Shown: in pieces, positions 19,926 through 30,700 of the stretch | How positions within the stretch are numbered: the first letter of the stretch is position 1 | Layout of the letters: each line of letters starts with the position of its first letter | Assembly (NCBI RefSeq): GCF_004799515.1 | Contig: NZ_SSMX01000041.1 | Location: 12,687 to 76,686 of the forward strand | Direction: 5' to 3' | Length of the DNA stretch: 64,000 bases | Origin: Phenylobacterium sp. | GTDB lineage: Bacteria > Pseudomonadota > Alphaproteobacteria > Caulobacterales > Caulobacteraceae | The notes under the pieces: model-generated | What the model saw: the letters and a program-made list of their open reading frames with translations, nothing else | Database searches by the model: none | Told to the model about the DNA's origin: nothing | Translations under genes and position numbers: made by a program

Positions 19926-22085
19926 TTACGCACTACGTCGGTCGGCGGCCGAAGCCGGCGGGTCCTGGGCGGGCGCGGCGTCGACCGCGAGCGCCTCGCG
20001 CAGCTTCGCGGCCAGCTCCGTCACCCGATAGGGTTTGCTGATCACCATGTCGGCGCCGGTGACCCGGTTGTTGTTGGCGGTGGCGGCGCTGGTGAAGCCG
20101 GTGGTGAAGAGCGCCTTCAGGTCCGGCCGGGTCTCGCGCGCGGCGGCGATCATCTCGATGCCGGTCATGCCGCCAGGCATCACGATATCGGAGAAGACCA
20201 GGTCGACGCCGTGGTCGGCGGCCAGCGCCTCCAGGCCCGCCGCGCCGCTATCGGCCTCGAGGACCTGGTAGCCGAGTTCGGTCAGCTGGCGCACCGCCAC
20301 GCGGCGGACGTCGACGTTGTCCTCGACCACCAGCACCCGCTCGCCACGGCCCTTCACCGGGCCGGCGGCCGGGGCTTTCGCGGCTTCGATGGCCTCGTTG
20401 GAGCGCGGCAGGTAGAGCCGCACGGTCGTGCCATGGCCCACCTCGCTATAGATGCGCAGCTGGCCTCCCGACTGCTTTGCGAAACCGTAGATCATGCTGA
20501 GGCCCAGGCCGCTGCCCTGGCCCACGCCCTTGGTGGTGAAGAAGGGCTCGACGACCTTGGCCAGGAGCTCGGGCGGGATGCCGCTGCCGGTGTCGGAGAC
20601 CGCCACGACGGCATAGTCGCCGGGCGGCAGTTCGGGATTGTCGGGATCGACGGTGGCGTTGGTCGTCTCGACCGTCAGCACGCCGCCGTCCGGCATGGCG
20701 TCGCGGGCGTTGATCACCAGGTTCAGCAGCGAGGATTCCATCTGCGCGGGATCGAGCTTGGTGCGCCACAGGTCCCCCGCGAGCGCCAGCTTGACGGTGA
20801 CGGTCTCGCCCAGGGTGCGCCGCCACAAGGGGCCCATGCCCTCCACCAGGGTGTTCAGGTCCACCACCTTCGGGTCCAGGGTCTGGCGGCGCGAGAAGGC
20901 GAGCAGCTGCTTGGTGAGCTCCGAGCCCTTCAACGCGGCCTCCAGGGCGGTGTCGGCGAACTCCTTCTCGAGGGAGCCCGCCTGCAGATCGCCGGAGATC
21001 AGGTCGAGGTTGCCGATGATGACCGCCAGCAGGTTGTTGAAGTCGTGCGCGAGGCCGCCGGTGAGCTGGCCGACCGACTCCATCTTCTGGGCCTGGCGCA
21101 ACTGGGCGGCGGCGGTTTCCCGGTCGGTGACGTCCTGGCAAAAGCCGATCAGGCCGACCGGCCGGCCGTCGGCGTCCAGCTCGGGGCGGCCTTCGACCCA
21201 GCAACACCGCTCGCTGCCGTCGGTGTGCTGCAGCCGCAGGCTGAAGCTGAAGGCTTCGGTGTGCTCGCCGGCGAGCAGCGACGCCAGCCGTTCCCGGCCG
21301 TCGTCGTCCAGGCGCTCCATCATCCGCTCCACCGCGGGCGGGCCGTCCGCCGCATCGAGGCCGAAGATCTCGTAGAGCTCGTCCGACCACTCCGGGCGCG
21401 CCCCTCCGAGCGGCTGGCGCCAAGAGCCGATCTTGGCGATACGCTGGGTCTCCTGCAGTGACGCCTCGGCGCGGCGGACGCCGGCGAGGGTGGCGTTGAG
21501 TTCCCGCCAGGCGGCCGACAGCTGCTGGCGCGCCGACCAGAACTCGATGGCCAGCATGGCGATCACGAAGGTCTGGGCGACGGCCCGCAACACCTGGCCC
21601 TCGTGCAGGGCCGTCCTGGCGAGGCCGACGCCCACAAGGCCCAGGATACCGACCCAGGGCACCAGGCTGGCGGCCAGGATGAGCGGAGACCGGTAGTGGC
21701 GCATCAGGACGTGCACCAGGGCCGCGCTGATGATTGCAAAGCCGAACAGCTTGTCGCCGCCCTGGCCCTTGGCGATCAGGGACAGGGCCGCGAGCGCGAA
21801 GAGGGTGGTCACCAGCACCCGCATGACGGCGGCCAGCCGGGCGCTGACCGGCGCGCCCGCGGGCGCGTTCGCGGCGCGCTCCAGCAGGCGGTCCTCAATC
21901 AGCGCGGCCACAGCGGTGGCGGCCATCCAGCCCGCCACCAGCCTCCCTGGAAGGGTCAGCATCGCCGTGAGGCCGATCATGCCGATGCCGAGCGCCTGGA
22001 CGATCAGGTTCTGTACGCCATGGAAGGCGGATGGGGTCGTCCGCAAGCGCACGACGACAGAGGGCAGACGTTTCGCCAAAGCCAT
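19926..22085 (-). CDS. Membrane-bound PAS hybrid histidine kinase/receiver
   Basis: Multi-TM N-terminus, PAS (WSDELYEIFG), GGLAHDFNNLL, NARDAM, DTGSG, FFTTK, C-terminal receiver SDIVMPG. Confidence 0.9.
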   Translation of the reverse strand: MALAKRLPSVVVRLRTTPSAFHGVQNLIVQALGIGMIGLTAMLTLPGRLVAGWMAATAVAALIEDRLLERAANAPAGAPVSARLAAVMRVLVTTLFALAALSLIAKGQGGDKLFGFAIISAALVHVLMRHYRSPLILAASLVPWVGILGLVGVGLARTALHEGQVLRAVAQTFVIAMLAIEFWSARQQLSAAWRELNATLAGVRRAEASLQETQRIAKIGSWRQPLGGARPEWSDELYEIFGLDAADGPPAVERMMERLDDDGRERLASLLAGEHTEAFSFSLRLQHTDGSERCCWVEGRPELDADGRPVGLIGFCQDVTDRETAAAQLRQAQKMESVGQLTGGLAHDFNNLLAVIIGNLDLISGDLQAGSLEKEFADTALEAALKGSELTKQLLAFSRRQTLDPKVVDLNTLVEGMGPLWRRTLGETVTVKLALAGDLWRTKLDPAQMESSLLNLVINARDAMPDGGVLTVETTNATVDPDNPELPPGDYAVVAVSDTGSGIPPELLAKVVEPFFTTKGVGQGSGLGLSMIYGFAKQSGGQLRIYSEVGHGTTVRLYLPRSNEAIEAAKAPAAGPVKGRGERVLVVEDNVDVRRVAVRQLTELGYQVLEADSGAAGLEALAADHGVDLVFSDIVMPGGMTGIEMIAAARETRPDLKALFTTGFTSAATANNNRVTGADMVISKPYRVTELAAKLREALAVDAAPAQDPPASAADRRSA

Positions 22086-22236
22086 ACGCGCCGCTCCTCT
22101 TCACAAAGTGAAGCCGAGCGCATCGTCGCTATATGATATTAATAATGCCTTCACGCCTGAGGGACGCGGCAGGCCCATTCGCGGTGGGACGGCCCTATCT
22201 CCCCGCCGCCACTCGTCCTGCTTGAGCCGGGAGGCG

Positions 22237-22857
22237 TTACACCGCTTCCAGGTGCTCGGTGGCGTTGACGCCCAGGACCTGAACGTGGCCGCCGGGGGCG
22301 TCGATCTCCGTGATGCTGCAGGGCGACATCACCAGGCGCCGGTAGGCCGAGAGCGGCTGGTCGAGCGCCTGCATCAGAACGGCGCGTCCGACGCTGTCGT
22401 GGGTGACCAGCACGAGCACCCGGCCCTCGCCTACGCCTTCGGCCGCCGCCAACCGCAGCGCGTCGCCAGCGCGCAGCACCAGGTCTTGCAGCGACTCCCC
22501 GCCCGGGAAGCGCACGCTGGCCGGCGCGGAATACCAGCGGTCATAGAGGTCCCGATCGGCCGCCCGCGCCGCCTCGTGGGTCAGCCAGGTCCAGTCGCCG
22601 TAGTCGAGGTCGTTGAGCGCCTCGACCACCCGCGCCTTCGCGCCGGTGGCCTCGGCGATCGCCCGCCCGGTCTCCACGCAGCGTTGCAGGGGGCTGGTCC
22701 AGACGGCCGCCACCTCCACGCCCGCCGCGATCCGCGCCGCCGTCGCCGCCGCCTGCCGTTGACCGAGCGCGGTCAGCGGCAGCTCGCGCCGCCCGCGGAA
22801 CCGCGGCGGCTCGATCCCCTCCACGTGCCCGTGCCGAACCATCAGGATGCGCGTCAT
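22237..22857 (-). CDS. Histidine phosphatase family protein
   Basis: VRHG, SPLQRC, FPGGES and VTH motifs. Confidence 0.88.
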   Translation of the reverse strand: MTRILMVRHGHVEGIEPPRFRGRRELPLTALGQRQAAATAARIAAGVEVAAVWTSPLQRCVETGRAIAEATGAKARVVEALNDLDYGDWTWLTHEAARAADRDLYDRWYSAPASVRFPGGESLQDLVLRAGDALRLAAAEGVGEGRVLVLVTHDSVGRAVLMQALDQPLSAYRRLVMSPCSITEIDAPGGHVQVLGVNATEHLEAV

Positions 22858-22960
22858 GTTCAGGCTCCGATCACTGCGCGTTGGTAGCCCGGACGCGGCC
22901 CACTTGTCGCGGACCGTCGGCCAGTCTCGGAGAACGACGAGCTCGCCGCGCCTCAGGCGC

Positions 22961-23731
22961 TCAACCTGGCAGCCCCACCCCCGAAATCTCGGCGCAGATG
23001 GCGAGGAGGCGGTCCTGCAGCGCCGGGTCTTGGGCCTGTGGGTTCGGCGCCATGCGCTTCAGGTGATAGAAATAGCCGCCGCTCACCTGCGCCTTCGGAT
23101 CCTCGCCGGCGGCCAGCCAGGCTTGGGTGAGATGCGCCTGCGCCATGTCGTCGGGCGCCCCCGGGCCGCCCATCTTGGTCGGGACCCAGCCGGGTTCCAG
23201 GGCGTTGGACAACACCTGCGGCCAGCGCCGCGCCAGGGCGAAGGCGAGAATCGTATCGTGCAGCTTGCTCTCGGCGTAGGCCTGCGAGCCGTCCCAGCGG
23301 CGCGTCCGCCACAGGATGTCGTCAAGGTGGGCGTCGGCGTGGTGGTGCATGCCGGAGCTCAGGTAGACGAGCCGCTTCGGACGTTCGATCAGCGCGGTCA
23401 GGATGTAGGCCGAGAGCGTGTTGATCGCGAAGACGTGCGGCAGGCCGTCGGCCGTGAGGCGATGGCCTTCGCGATAGCCGACCGCCGCATTGTGGATCAC
23501 CGCGTCGAACTGGCCGAGCGCGTTGACCTGGGCGGCCACATCCTTCGCGCCGGCGATGGTCTCGATGTCGCCGGTCACCACCGCCTCCGCCTGGGGCAGG
23601 GCGCGGCGGGCGTCCTCGGCGCGGTCGGCGTTGCGGGCGTGGAGGACGACCGCGTGGCCCTGGCTCGCCAGCCGTTCGCCGGCCATCAGGCCGAGACCCG
23701 TGGACGAGCCGGAAATGAAGATGCGTGACAT
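22961..23731 (-). CDS. SDR family oxidoreductase
   Basis: ISGSSTGLG, IHNAA, YAESK (YxxxK). Confidence 0.9.
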   Translation of the reverse strand: MSRIFISGSSTGLGLMAGERLASQGHAVVLHARNADRAEDARRALPQAEAVVTGDIETIAGAKDVAAQVNALGQFDAVIHNAAVGYREGHRLTADGLPHVFAINTLSAYILTALIERPKRLVYLSSGMHHHADAHLDDILWRTRRWDGSQAYAESKLHDTILAFALARRWPQVLSNALEPGWVPTKMGGPGAPDDMAQAHLTQAWLAAGEDPKAQVSGGYFYHLKRMAPNPQAQDPALQDRLLAICAEISGVGLPG

Positions 23732-23788
23732 GTTCTGTCTCCTTGAACGGGACCGGCGGACGATGGCCCGCCGGTCCAGGGTTGCGGA

Positions 23789-24988
23789 TCAGGATTGCGG
23801 GCTGCGGGCGGTCACGACCAACGCGCCGCCCAGCAGGGCGCATGCGGCGCCGAACAGGTAGACCGCGGCGTAACCGAACTGCCCGGCGATGACGCCCGCC
23901 GCGGGACCGGACACGCCGTAGGCGATGTCGAGGAAGGCGACGAAGGCGCCCATGGCGCTGCCGCGGTTGGCGGGCAGCACACGCTTCAGGGCTTCCACAC
24001 CGAGCGCGGGGAAGACCAGCGCGCAGCCCAGGCCCGTGACCAGGGCGCCGGCCAGCGCGACGGTCTCGACCGGGGCGCCCCACAGCATGACTTGGCCGAC
24101 CGCCTCGATGACCAGCGACCAGAGCGCGACGCGATAGCCGCTCATCTTGTCCGGCAGATGCCCGAACACCATCCGGACCAGGATGAAGCCGGCGCCGAAG
24201 GCCGTCATGACCAGCCCGGCATGACCCCAGCTGCGCGCCGCGAAGTAGAGCGAGGCGAAGGCGGTGAGGCCCGAGAGACCGACACCCTGCAGCATCAGGC
24301 CCAGGCCCTCGCGCCAGATCTGGCCGATCACCCGGTAGAACGGCAGGCGCTGACCGGCCGGCGCGGTGTGGGCGGCCGCCTTAAGCGCGATGGCCGCCGC
24401 CACGAGCGGCGCGACGATGCAGGCGATCATGGCGGCCTGCAGCCCGTAGGCCTGATAGAGCCCCATGCCGATCGGCGCGCCGATGGCCAGCGCCGCGAAC
24501 ATCGCGATGCCGGTCCAGGACATGGACATGCCGGCGCGCTGCGGTCCGACGGAGGCGATCGACCAGGCGACGCAGCCGGTGACGAACTGGCTCTCGCCGA
24601 CGCCGGCGGCCAGGCGCCCGGCGACCACGATGCCGAGGCTGAGCTGAGGCGACAACCCCGGCATGGCGGCGATGACATAGAGCAGCCCGCCCAGCGCGCA
24701 CACGGCCGCGCCTTGCAGGGCCGAACGCTTGCCGCCGTGACGATCGGTCAGCCGTCCCGCATAGCCGCGGGTCAGCACCGTCGCCAGGAACTGGATCCCG
24801 ATCACCAGGCCGACGACCAGATTGCCGAAGCCCAGCTTGTCGTGGATGAACAGCGGGATGACCGGCAGCGGCAGGCCGACGCAGAGATAGCCGCAGAACA
24901 GCGCCGCGATGATGCCAGGGGCGGGATGCGAGGGATGGGCAGGCGGAGCGTCGGCTCGGCGCGCACCGTTTACAGCCAATGCAGACAT
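23789..24988 (-). CDS. MFS transporter (YfcJ/YhhS-like)
   Basis: About 12 TM segments, GRLTDRHGGK motif A, GRLAAGVGES; start placed at MSALAV. Confidence 0.88.
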   Translation of the reverse strand: MSALAVNGARRADAPPAHPSHPAPGIIAALFCGYLCVGLPLPVIPLFIHDKLGFGNLVVGLVIGIQFLATVLTRGYAGRLTDRHGGKRSALQGAAVCALGGLLYVIAAMPGLSPQLSLGIVVAGRLAAGVGESQFVTGCVAWSIASVGPQRAGMSMSWTGIAMFAALAIGAPIGMGLYQAYGLQAAMIACIVAPLVAAAIALKAAAHTAPAGQRLPFYRVIGQIWREGLGLMLQGVGLSGLTAFASLYFAARSWGHAGLVMTAFGAGFILVRMVFGHLPDKMSGYRVALWSLVIEAVGQVMLWGAPVETVALAGALVTGLGCALVFPALGVEALKRVLPANRGSAMGAFVAFLDIAYGVSGPAAGVIAGQFGYAAVYLFGAACALLGGALVVTARSPQS

Positions 24989-25055
24989 GACAGCCTCCAT
25001 GCAGTTCGGTTGAGGGATTGCGGCGCCGCCTGTCGTTCCGGGCGGCGCCCCTTGA

Positions 25056-26408
25056 TCAGGCCGCGCGCCCTGTGGGCGTGGACGTCTCGAACAGGTCCGG
25101 CCGATAGCCGCTCGCCTCGAGCAGATAGTCGCGCGAGGCGCTGACATCGGCCGCGAGCTTTGTCAGGTCGACGCCGATCAGCTTGCCGGCGCGCTTGCGG
25201 ATCTCGCCTGCGACCATCACCAGCTCGACGTCCGAGGGGCCGACCGCCTGCACGATCGTGCCGATGGCGTTGGTGACCGGGAACACGGCCACGCCGTTGG
25301 TGCGCACCATGATGATGTCGGCCTGCTTGCCGGGCGTCAGGGCGCCGACCGAGCCTTCCAGGCCGGCTGCGCGGGCGCCGTTGACCGTCGCGGCTTCGAG
25401 CACCGCTTCGACCGAGATCGGCGCCGGCGCGTTCGCCTCGCCGCGGAACCGGCGATAGCGCATCGCCGAGCGCTGCTGTCCGAACAGGGCGTGCATCTCG
25501 CCGAACAGGTCGCTGCCGAAGGCGGTGTCGAGGTCGATGCCGAGCGCCGGCGTCAGGCCATGATCGATCGCCTGCTGGTAGGCGAAGCTCTCGTCGTCGA
25601 AGCCGAACAGCGCGTCGGAGCGCGGATTGACGGTGACGTTGACGCCCCCGTCCGCAAACAGCTTCCACGTCGCCTGCGGCACGCGCGTGCAGTGGTTGAA
25701 GATGTTGTGCGGGCCCAGCACGCCCGGCCCGGCGAATTCCGGGCCAAGCTTGGCCAGGTCGCCGATGAACTCGGTCAGGATGCGCATATCCAGGCCGCGC
25801 GCGGCCTTCCACCAGTCGAGGTTCAGCTGGCCGAACAGGCCGACCTGGACCAGGCCGCCGGCGCTGTTCCAGTTGTCGGCGAGGCGCTTGAGATCGCCGG
25901 GCAGGTGGTCGGTCGACGCGCCCTTGTCCATGGCGGCGCCGACCATATGCAGCGCGCGAATGCCCGCATGGTCCAGCGCGTCCAGGGCGGCGTCGGTGTG
26001 CTCCGGGCTGCGCGAGGAATGGCAGGCGTCGATGATGGTGGTGATGCCGGCGTCAAGCGACGCGGCCGCCGTCAGCTTGGTGCTCAAGTACATGTCGAGC
26101 GGGCGGTAGTGCGCGCCCAGTGTGTCGGCGACGACGTCGATGTAGGCGAAGAGGTCGTCGACATCGGGCATCATGCGCCGCATGACGCCCAACCACATGT
26201 GATGGTGCGCGTCGATCAGGCCCGGCATGACGATCGTGTCGCGGGCGTCGATCACCTCAGCGCCGTCGGCCTGGATATCGGCGCCGACGGCGACGATGCG
26301 CTCACCTTCAATCAGGACGTCGCCGGTCCCGAGGTTCGGGATATCGCGGTCCATCGTCACAACGGCGCCACCCTTGAAGAGGGTGCGGTGCGCAGGCTGC
26401 GTGCTCAT
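25056..26408 (-). CDS. Amidohydrolase superfamily protein (deaminase-like)
   Basis: MPGLIDAHHH, AGITT, FNHC, LGID, GALTPGKQADII. Confidence 0.88.
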   Translation of the reverse strand: MSTQPAHRTLFKGGAVVTMDRDIPNLGTGDVLIEGERIVAVGADIQADGAEVIDARDTIVMPGLIDAHHHMWLGVMRRMMPDVDDLFAYIDVVADTLGAHYRPLDMYLSTKLTAAASLDAGITTIIDACHSSRSPEHTDAALDALDHAGIRALHMVGAAMDKGASTDHLPGDLKRLADNWNSAGGLVQVGLFGQLNLDWWKAARGLDMRILTEFIGDLAKLGPEFAGPGVLGPHNIFNHCTRVPQATWKLFADGGVNVTVNPRSDALFGFDDESFAYQQAIDHGLTPALGIDLDTAFGSDLFGEMHALFGQQRSAMRYRRFRGEANAPAPISVEAVLEAATVNGARAAGLEGSVGALTPGKQADIIMVRTNGVAVFPVTNAIGTIVQAVGPSDVELVMVAGEIRKRAGKLIGVDLTKLAADVSASRDYLLEASGYRPDLFETSTPTGRAA

Positions 26409-26532
26409 CTTGGGGTCCTTCCGGATGCGGTTTCGAGCCGGTTCGGCTGCGAGCCCGGTTATCGCCCCACGCCGTCATTGAATTAAGTGATGTTGTGTCA
26501 GATACTCGATGACTGAAAATCACGAGTAGGCC

Positions 26533-27438
26533 ATGGCGTTCGACGGCAGGATCTTGGCGGGCGTGGGCGTTCTGACGGCGGTCGTCGAAGGCGGCAGCTT
26601 CGTCAAAGGCGCCGAGCTGCTCGGCCTCACCGCGTCAGGCGTGAGCCGGGCGATCAGCCGGTTGGAAGTGCGGTTGGGGGCGCGGCTTCTCGACCGGACC
26701 ACGCGCTCGGTCACCCTGACTGACGAAGGGCGGCGGTTCTATGAGGCGGCCAAGCCGCATCTTGCCGCGATCGAGGATGCGGCGGTGCTGGCGTCCGGCG
26801 CGGCGTCGGCGGTGCGCGGCCGGCTGAAGGTCGACATCGACCCCTTCTTCCTGCCGCTCGTGCTGGCCGGGCGGCTCGGCGAGTTCTGCGACCGCTATCC
26901 GGAGCTGTCGATCGAGTTCGTCTCGACGGAGCATCTGGGCGATCTCGTGTCCGAGGGAATCGACCTGGCGATCCGCTTCGGGCAGCCGCGCTTCTCGACG
27001 CTGGTCTCCCGCAAGCTGATCGAGGCGCCGATCCTCACCGTGGCGTCGCCGAAATACATCGCACGGCATGGCCGGCCCAAGCACCCTTCGGATCTCGCGG
27101 GACACCGCTGCCTGCAATTCCTCGATCCGCACTCGGGGCGGCCGTTCGAGTGGGAATTCATCAACGCCGAGCAGACCGTTCCCGTCGAAACGAAGGGGCC
27201 GCTGACCTTCACCGATCCGAAGTCGATGCTGACGGAGTGCCTCGCTGGAAGCGGTGTCGCGCAGATCATCGGATGGGGCGTTGGCGACTTGCTGAGGGGC
27301 GGCGATCTGATCGACCTGTTCCCCGAGTGGCACGGCGAACGCTTCCCGCTTTTGGCGTTTCACCCCTCGCGCAAACATCCGCCGGCGAAGGTCGGCGTTT
27401 TCACGGATTTCTGCCTCGAGATCGCGAGCACGCTGTGA
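26533..27438 (+). CDS. LysR family regulator (DmlR/CrgA-like), divergent from the amidohydrolase-MFS-SDR genes
   Basis: GSFVKGAELLGLTASGVSRAISRLE HTH, RTTRSVTLTDEG, IDLAIR. Confidence 0.93.
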   Translation: MAFDGRILAGVGVLTAVVEGGSFVKGAELLGLTASGVSRAISRLEVRLGARLLDRTTRSVTLTDEGRRFYEAAKPHLAAIEDAAVLASGAASAVRGRLKVDIDPFFLPLVLAGRLGEFCDRYPELSIEFVSTEHLGDLVSEGIDLAIRFGQPRFSTLVSRKLIEAPILTVASPKYIARHGRPKHPSDLAGHRCLQFLDPHSGRPFEWEFINAEQTVPVETKGPLTFTDPKSMLTECLAGSGVAQIIGWGVGDLLRGGDLIDLFPEWHGERFPLLAFHPSRKHPPAKVGVFTDFCLEIASTL

Positions 27439-27470
27439 CGCCCGTGTTCCCTTTCGCCCGGAAGCGGCCG

Positions 27471-29372
27471 TCAGGAAGCCCGCATCTGTTCCAGACCGCT
27501 CGCCCGAACTAAGGGGCGCGCGGTCTTCGGATCTGGAACCCGCTCCGCCTCGGCCGCGAGCAGCAATTGCATGGTGTGCAGCAAGACTTCGAGATTGATC
27601 GGCTTGGCGACCAGGGCGTCCATTCCGGCCTCCAGGTATTCCGTCCTGTGGTGGTCCATCGCATTGGCTGTCAGAGCGATGATCGGCGTTCGAGCCAAGC
27701 CGCGTTCGCGTTCCATCGCTCGGATGCAGCCAGTGGCCTGAACGCCGTCCATGATTGGCATCTGGATATCCATGAGCAGCAGGTCCCAGGGGCCCGCCTT
27801 CCACTCCGCGACCGCGTCTTCGCCATTGGACACGATGACCACCGGGATGCCGCTGGCCTCGAGCAGGGTCCTGAGAACGACCTGGTTCATGGGATTGTCC
27901 TCCGCAGCGAGCACGCGCAGCCCATGGGCGACAGGGAGGGCGTCGGCCGCTTCGGGTTCGAACCCCGCGATCGCCCGCGGCGCGGCGAGCGCCGGTATTT
28001 TCACCGTGAACCTGGCGCCTGCGCCTTCGGTGCTGACGAGGTCGATGGTCCCTCCCATCAGGGCCACGAGGTCGCGGCAGATCGTCAGGCCAAGGCCTGA
28101 GCCGCCGTATCTGCGCGTGGTGGAGGCGTCGGCCTGGACGAAGGGTTCGAAGATCTGTTCCAGGCGTTCCGCGGCAATGCCGCGGCCTGTGTCCTCCACG
28201 GTCAGGAAGAGCGCCCCGCCGTCGTAGGAAATGACGACCGAAATGGCCCCTTGGTCGGTGAACTTGATGGCGTTCGAAACCAGGTTGTGCAGCACCTGCC
28301 GGACACGGGCGGGGTCGCCGATCCAGCCGCCGGACGCCTCGGGCGCGAGCGTGACCGAGAAGCTGACGTCCTTGTCCTGCAGGAGCGCGCGAAAGGCGTC
28401 GAGGCCCTCGACCAGGACCTCGGTATCGATGACGCCCGTCTCCAATTCGATTTTCCCGGCGTCGATCTTGGAGAGGTCGAGCAGGTCGTTGAGCAGGGCC
28501 AGCAGCGAGCCGCCGGCTGTGCTGATCATCCGCAGGCGGTCCCGCTGGGTCTCGGAGAGTTCATCCTTGTGCATCAGCTGGGTCATGCCCAGGACGCCGT
28601 TTAGCGGCGTGCGGATCTCGTGGCTCATCGTCGCGAGAAACTCGCCTTTCGCACGGTTTGCCGCCTCCGCGCGTCCCAGCGCTTCCGTCAGCCGCGCCTC
28701 GGCGATCTCCGAGCGCGCCAGCGCCCGCTGCATCTCGGCCATGGCTTCCAGCCGAGACGCGTTGGCGCGGTTCCACTCGGCGACGACCTTGCTGGTCCCC
28801 GATCCGATCAGCCAAAGGGCGAAGACCAGGATCAAGGTTTCGCAGAGCGCTCCCGCGCCTTCGGCGATCCCCATGGTTTCGATGACGCAAAGCGGAAGCA
28901 CCACCACCGGCACGGCGACCATGGTGAGGAAGACCCGCTGCGAATTGCGGGCTGTCGACACCGCGAGCGCGGTGAGGCCCACGGCCTGCACGGCCACGAA
29001 AGCCAGGCCTGGGGGGCTGTGGTTGAGGATCGTGAACCCGGCGGGCGCCGCATACCAGAAGGCGCTCTTCGCCAGGACGAGCCAGCACAACCCGCTCAAA
29101 CCGCGGCTGGACTCGACATGGGGCGACGCCGCCGTCAGCCGGCGGTACATCTGTTGAAGGGCCGCGTCAGCTGCGCACAAGCCCAGAGTCCACCCCAGGG
29201 CGACCCAGGGACCGGCGACCAGGCAGAACGCGAGGCCGACGGCGAGGTTGAACCCCGCCTGGCGGGGCCAGGAATAGGTCAGCGCCGCAAGCGTGAGCTC
29301 ATAGGGTGTGGCCCCAGGGTCCACGGCTATTTGTTCGCTCCGCGCGTCGGAAGTCGGCAGGCAAGCTTGCAT
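27471..29372 (-). CDS. Membrane-bound hybrid histidine kinase/receiver
   Basis: Multi-TM N-terminus, FLATMSHEIRTPLNG, NLVSNAIKFT, GGSGLGL, receiver LMDIQMP; start placed at MQACLP. Confidence 0.9.
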   Translation of the reverse strand: MQACLPTSDARSEQIAVDPGATPYELTLAALTYSWPRQAGFNLAVGLAFCLVAGPWVALGWTLGLCAADAALQQMYRRLTAASPHVESSRGLSGLCWLVLAKSAFWYAAPAGFTILNHSPPGLAFVAVQAVGLTALAVSTARNSQRVFLTMVAVPVVVLPLCVIETMGIAEGAGALCETLILVFALWLIGSGTSKVVAEWNRANASRLEAMAEMQRALARSEIAEARLTEALGRAEAANRAKGEFLATMSHEIRTPLNGVLGMTQLMHKDELSETQRDRLRMISTAGGSLLALLNDLLDLSKIDAGKIELETGVIDTEVLVEGLDAFRALLQDKDVSFSVTLAPEASGGWIGDPARVRQVLHNLVSNAIKFTDQGAISVVISYDGGALFLTVEDTGRGIAAERLEQIFEPFVQADASTTRRYGGSGLGLTICRDLVALMGGTIDLVSTEGAGARFTVKIPALAAPRAIAGFEPEAADALPVAHGLRVLAAEDNPMNQVVLRTLLEASGIPVVIVSNGEDAVAEWKAGPWDLLLMDIQMPIMDGVQATGCIRAMERERGLARTPIIALTANAMDHHRTEYLEAGMDALVAKPINLEVLLHTMQLLLAAEAERVPDPKTARPLVRASGLEQMRAS

Positions 29373-29520
29373 GGCGGCTCCTTCCTGCCAGAGGTTCACG
29401 AGCCCATTTCACTTGGCGGGTGCGCCTTAACGTCGGGGAAAAATAGCGGTCCCTGCGTCGGGATGACGCGGACCGCCCGGGTCCGGTCTTGCCGGCGCCC
29501 ACGCCATGGATTTCCGGCCG

Positions 29521-30609
29521 CTACGCCGGCGTCGGCTCGGGCTGACGCGGCGCGGCCGCGGGAGACGGGGCGTGGGCGAGATGGGCGAAGCGCGCCAGGT
29601 CCGCGGCGGCGTCGCGGCTGATCTCCGGGCAGGCGATCGAGAAGATCTCCGTGCCGTGGATCGTGCCCATCGCCTGACGGCAGCGCGCCGGAACGCCGGC
29701 CCGCAGCAGCAGGCGGTAGAAGTTCACGCCTTCGTCGCGCAAGGGATCGCACTCGTTGACGCTGATGACGGTCGGCGGAAGGCCCTTGACGTCGGCCTCG
29801 GTGGCGAAGCTGGGCCAGGCCAGGGGGTCGCGCCATTCCAGGGCCTCGATGCCGTAGGCCATGGCGCCGTGGTTGTTGTGCAGGTCCAGCAGGATGCCGT
29901 TGTTCTCGACCGACGACGGACTGTCCGGGTGGGGCCAAAACCCCGCGATGTAGGGGCAGAAGGCATACAGCCCCTGGATCAGCCCGATGTCGCCGTCGCG
30001 CAGCAGTTTCAGCCCCGTCGCCAGGGTGAGATTGCCGCCGCCGCTTTCGCCCGCGACGACCAGGCGGTCCGGATCGATGTTGAGCGCGGCGGCATTCGCG
30101 GCGGCCCACTTCACCCCCGAGACGCAGTCGTTGAGCCCCGCCGGGAAGGGCGCGACCTCCGGGGCCGAGGACGGGCGAAGGGCGTTGCGGAAGTCCACCA
30201 TGACGACGGCCACGCCCTGGGCGGCGATGATCCGGCCCCACGCCTGGTACATGCCGTTGAAGGCCGACATCGACTGCATGCCGCCGCCGTGGAGGTAGAC
30301 CACGCAAGGGAGTCTCTCGGCGCTGTCGGGCCGGATGATCGCCACCTGGATCGTGTTGCCGTCGGGCGCGGAGACGAAGCTGTCGCGGCGGATCGACAGG
30401 CCGCTGGAGGGGGCGTTGGCCTCGCTGTCGCATGCGTCGAACAGGCCGCTCATCGCCGCCTCGGCCGCCAGCGCCTCCGGCGTGTTCGCTTCGGCGATCA
30501 GCACTTCGCGGTTGGCGATGTCCTTCAGCGGCGGCGAATCCGGCCACCCGCCGAACAGGGCCTTGAGACGAGGGTCGATGCGGGGATCGGCGGCGAGCTT
30601 CGAGGTCAT
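29521..30609 (-). CDS. Alpha/beta hydrolase (HSL-family esterase)
   Basis: HGGG oxyanion motif, GESGG nucleophile elbow, [13 protein letters not shown]. Confidence 0.9.
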   Translation of the reverse strand: MTSKLAADPRIDPRLKALFGGWPDSPPLKDIANREVLIAEANTPEALAAEAAMSGLFDACDSEANAPSSGLSIRRDSFVSAPDGNTIQVAIIRPDSAERLPCVVYLHGGGMQSMSAFNGMYQAWGRIIAAQGVAVVMVDFRNALRPSSAPEVAPFPAGLNDCVSGVKWAAANAAALNIDPDRLVVAGESGGGNLTLATGLKLLRDGDIGLIQGLYAFCPYIAGFWPHPDSPSSVENNGILLDLHNNHGAMAYGIEALEWRDPLAWPSFATEADVKGLPPTVISVNECDPLRDEGVNFYRLLLRAGVPARCRQAMGTIHGTEIFSIACPEISRDAAADLARFAHLAHAPSPAAAPRQPEPTPA

Positions 30610-30700
30610 GGCGGCAGGCTCCAGGCGCGTCGGCACGTTGCCATGGGTCAGAGGCTTGGGCCAGCGTCACCAGGGAGCGATACGAGGGCGGGGCTCCTAT

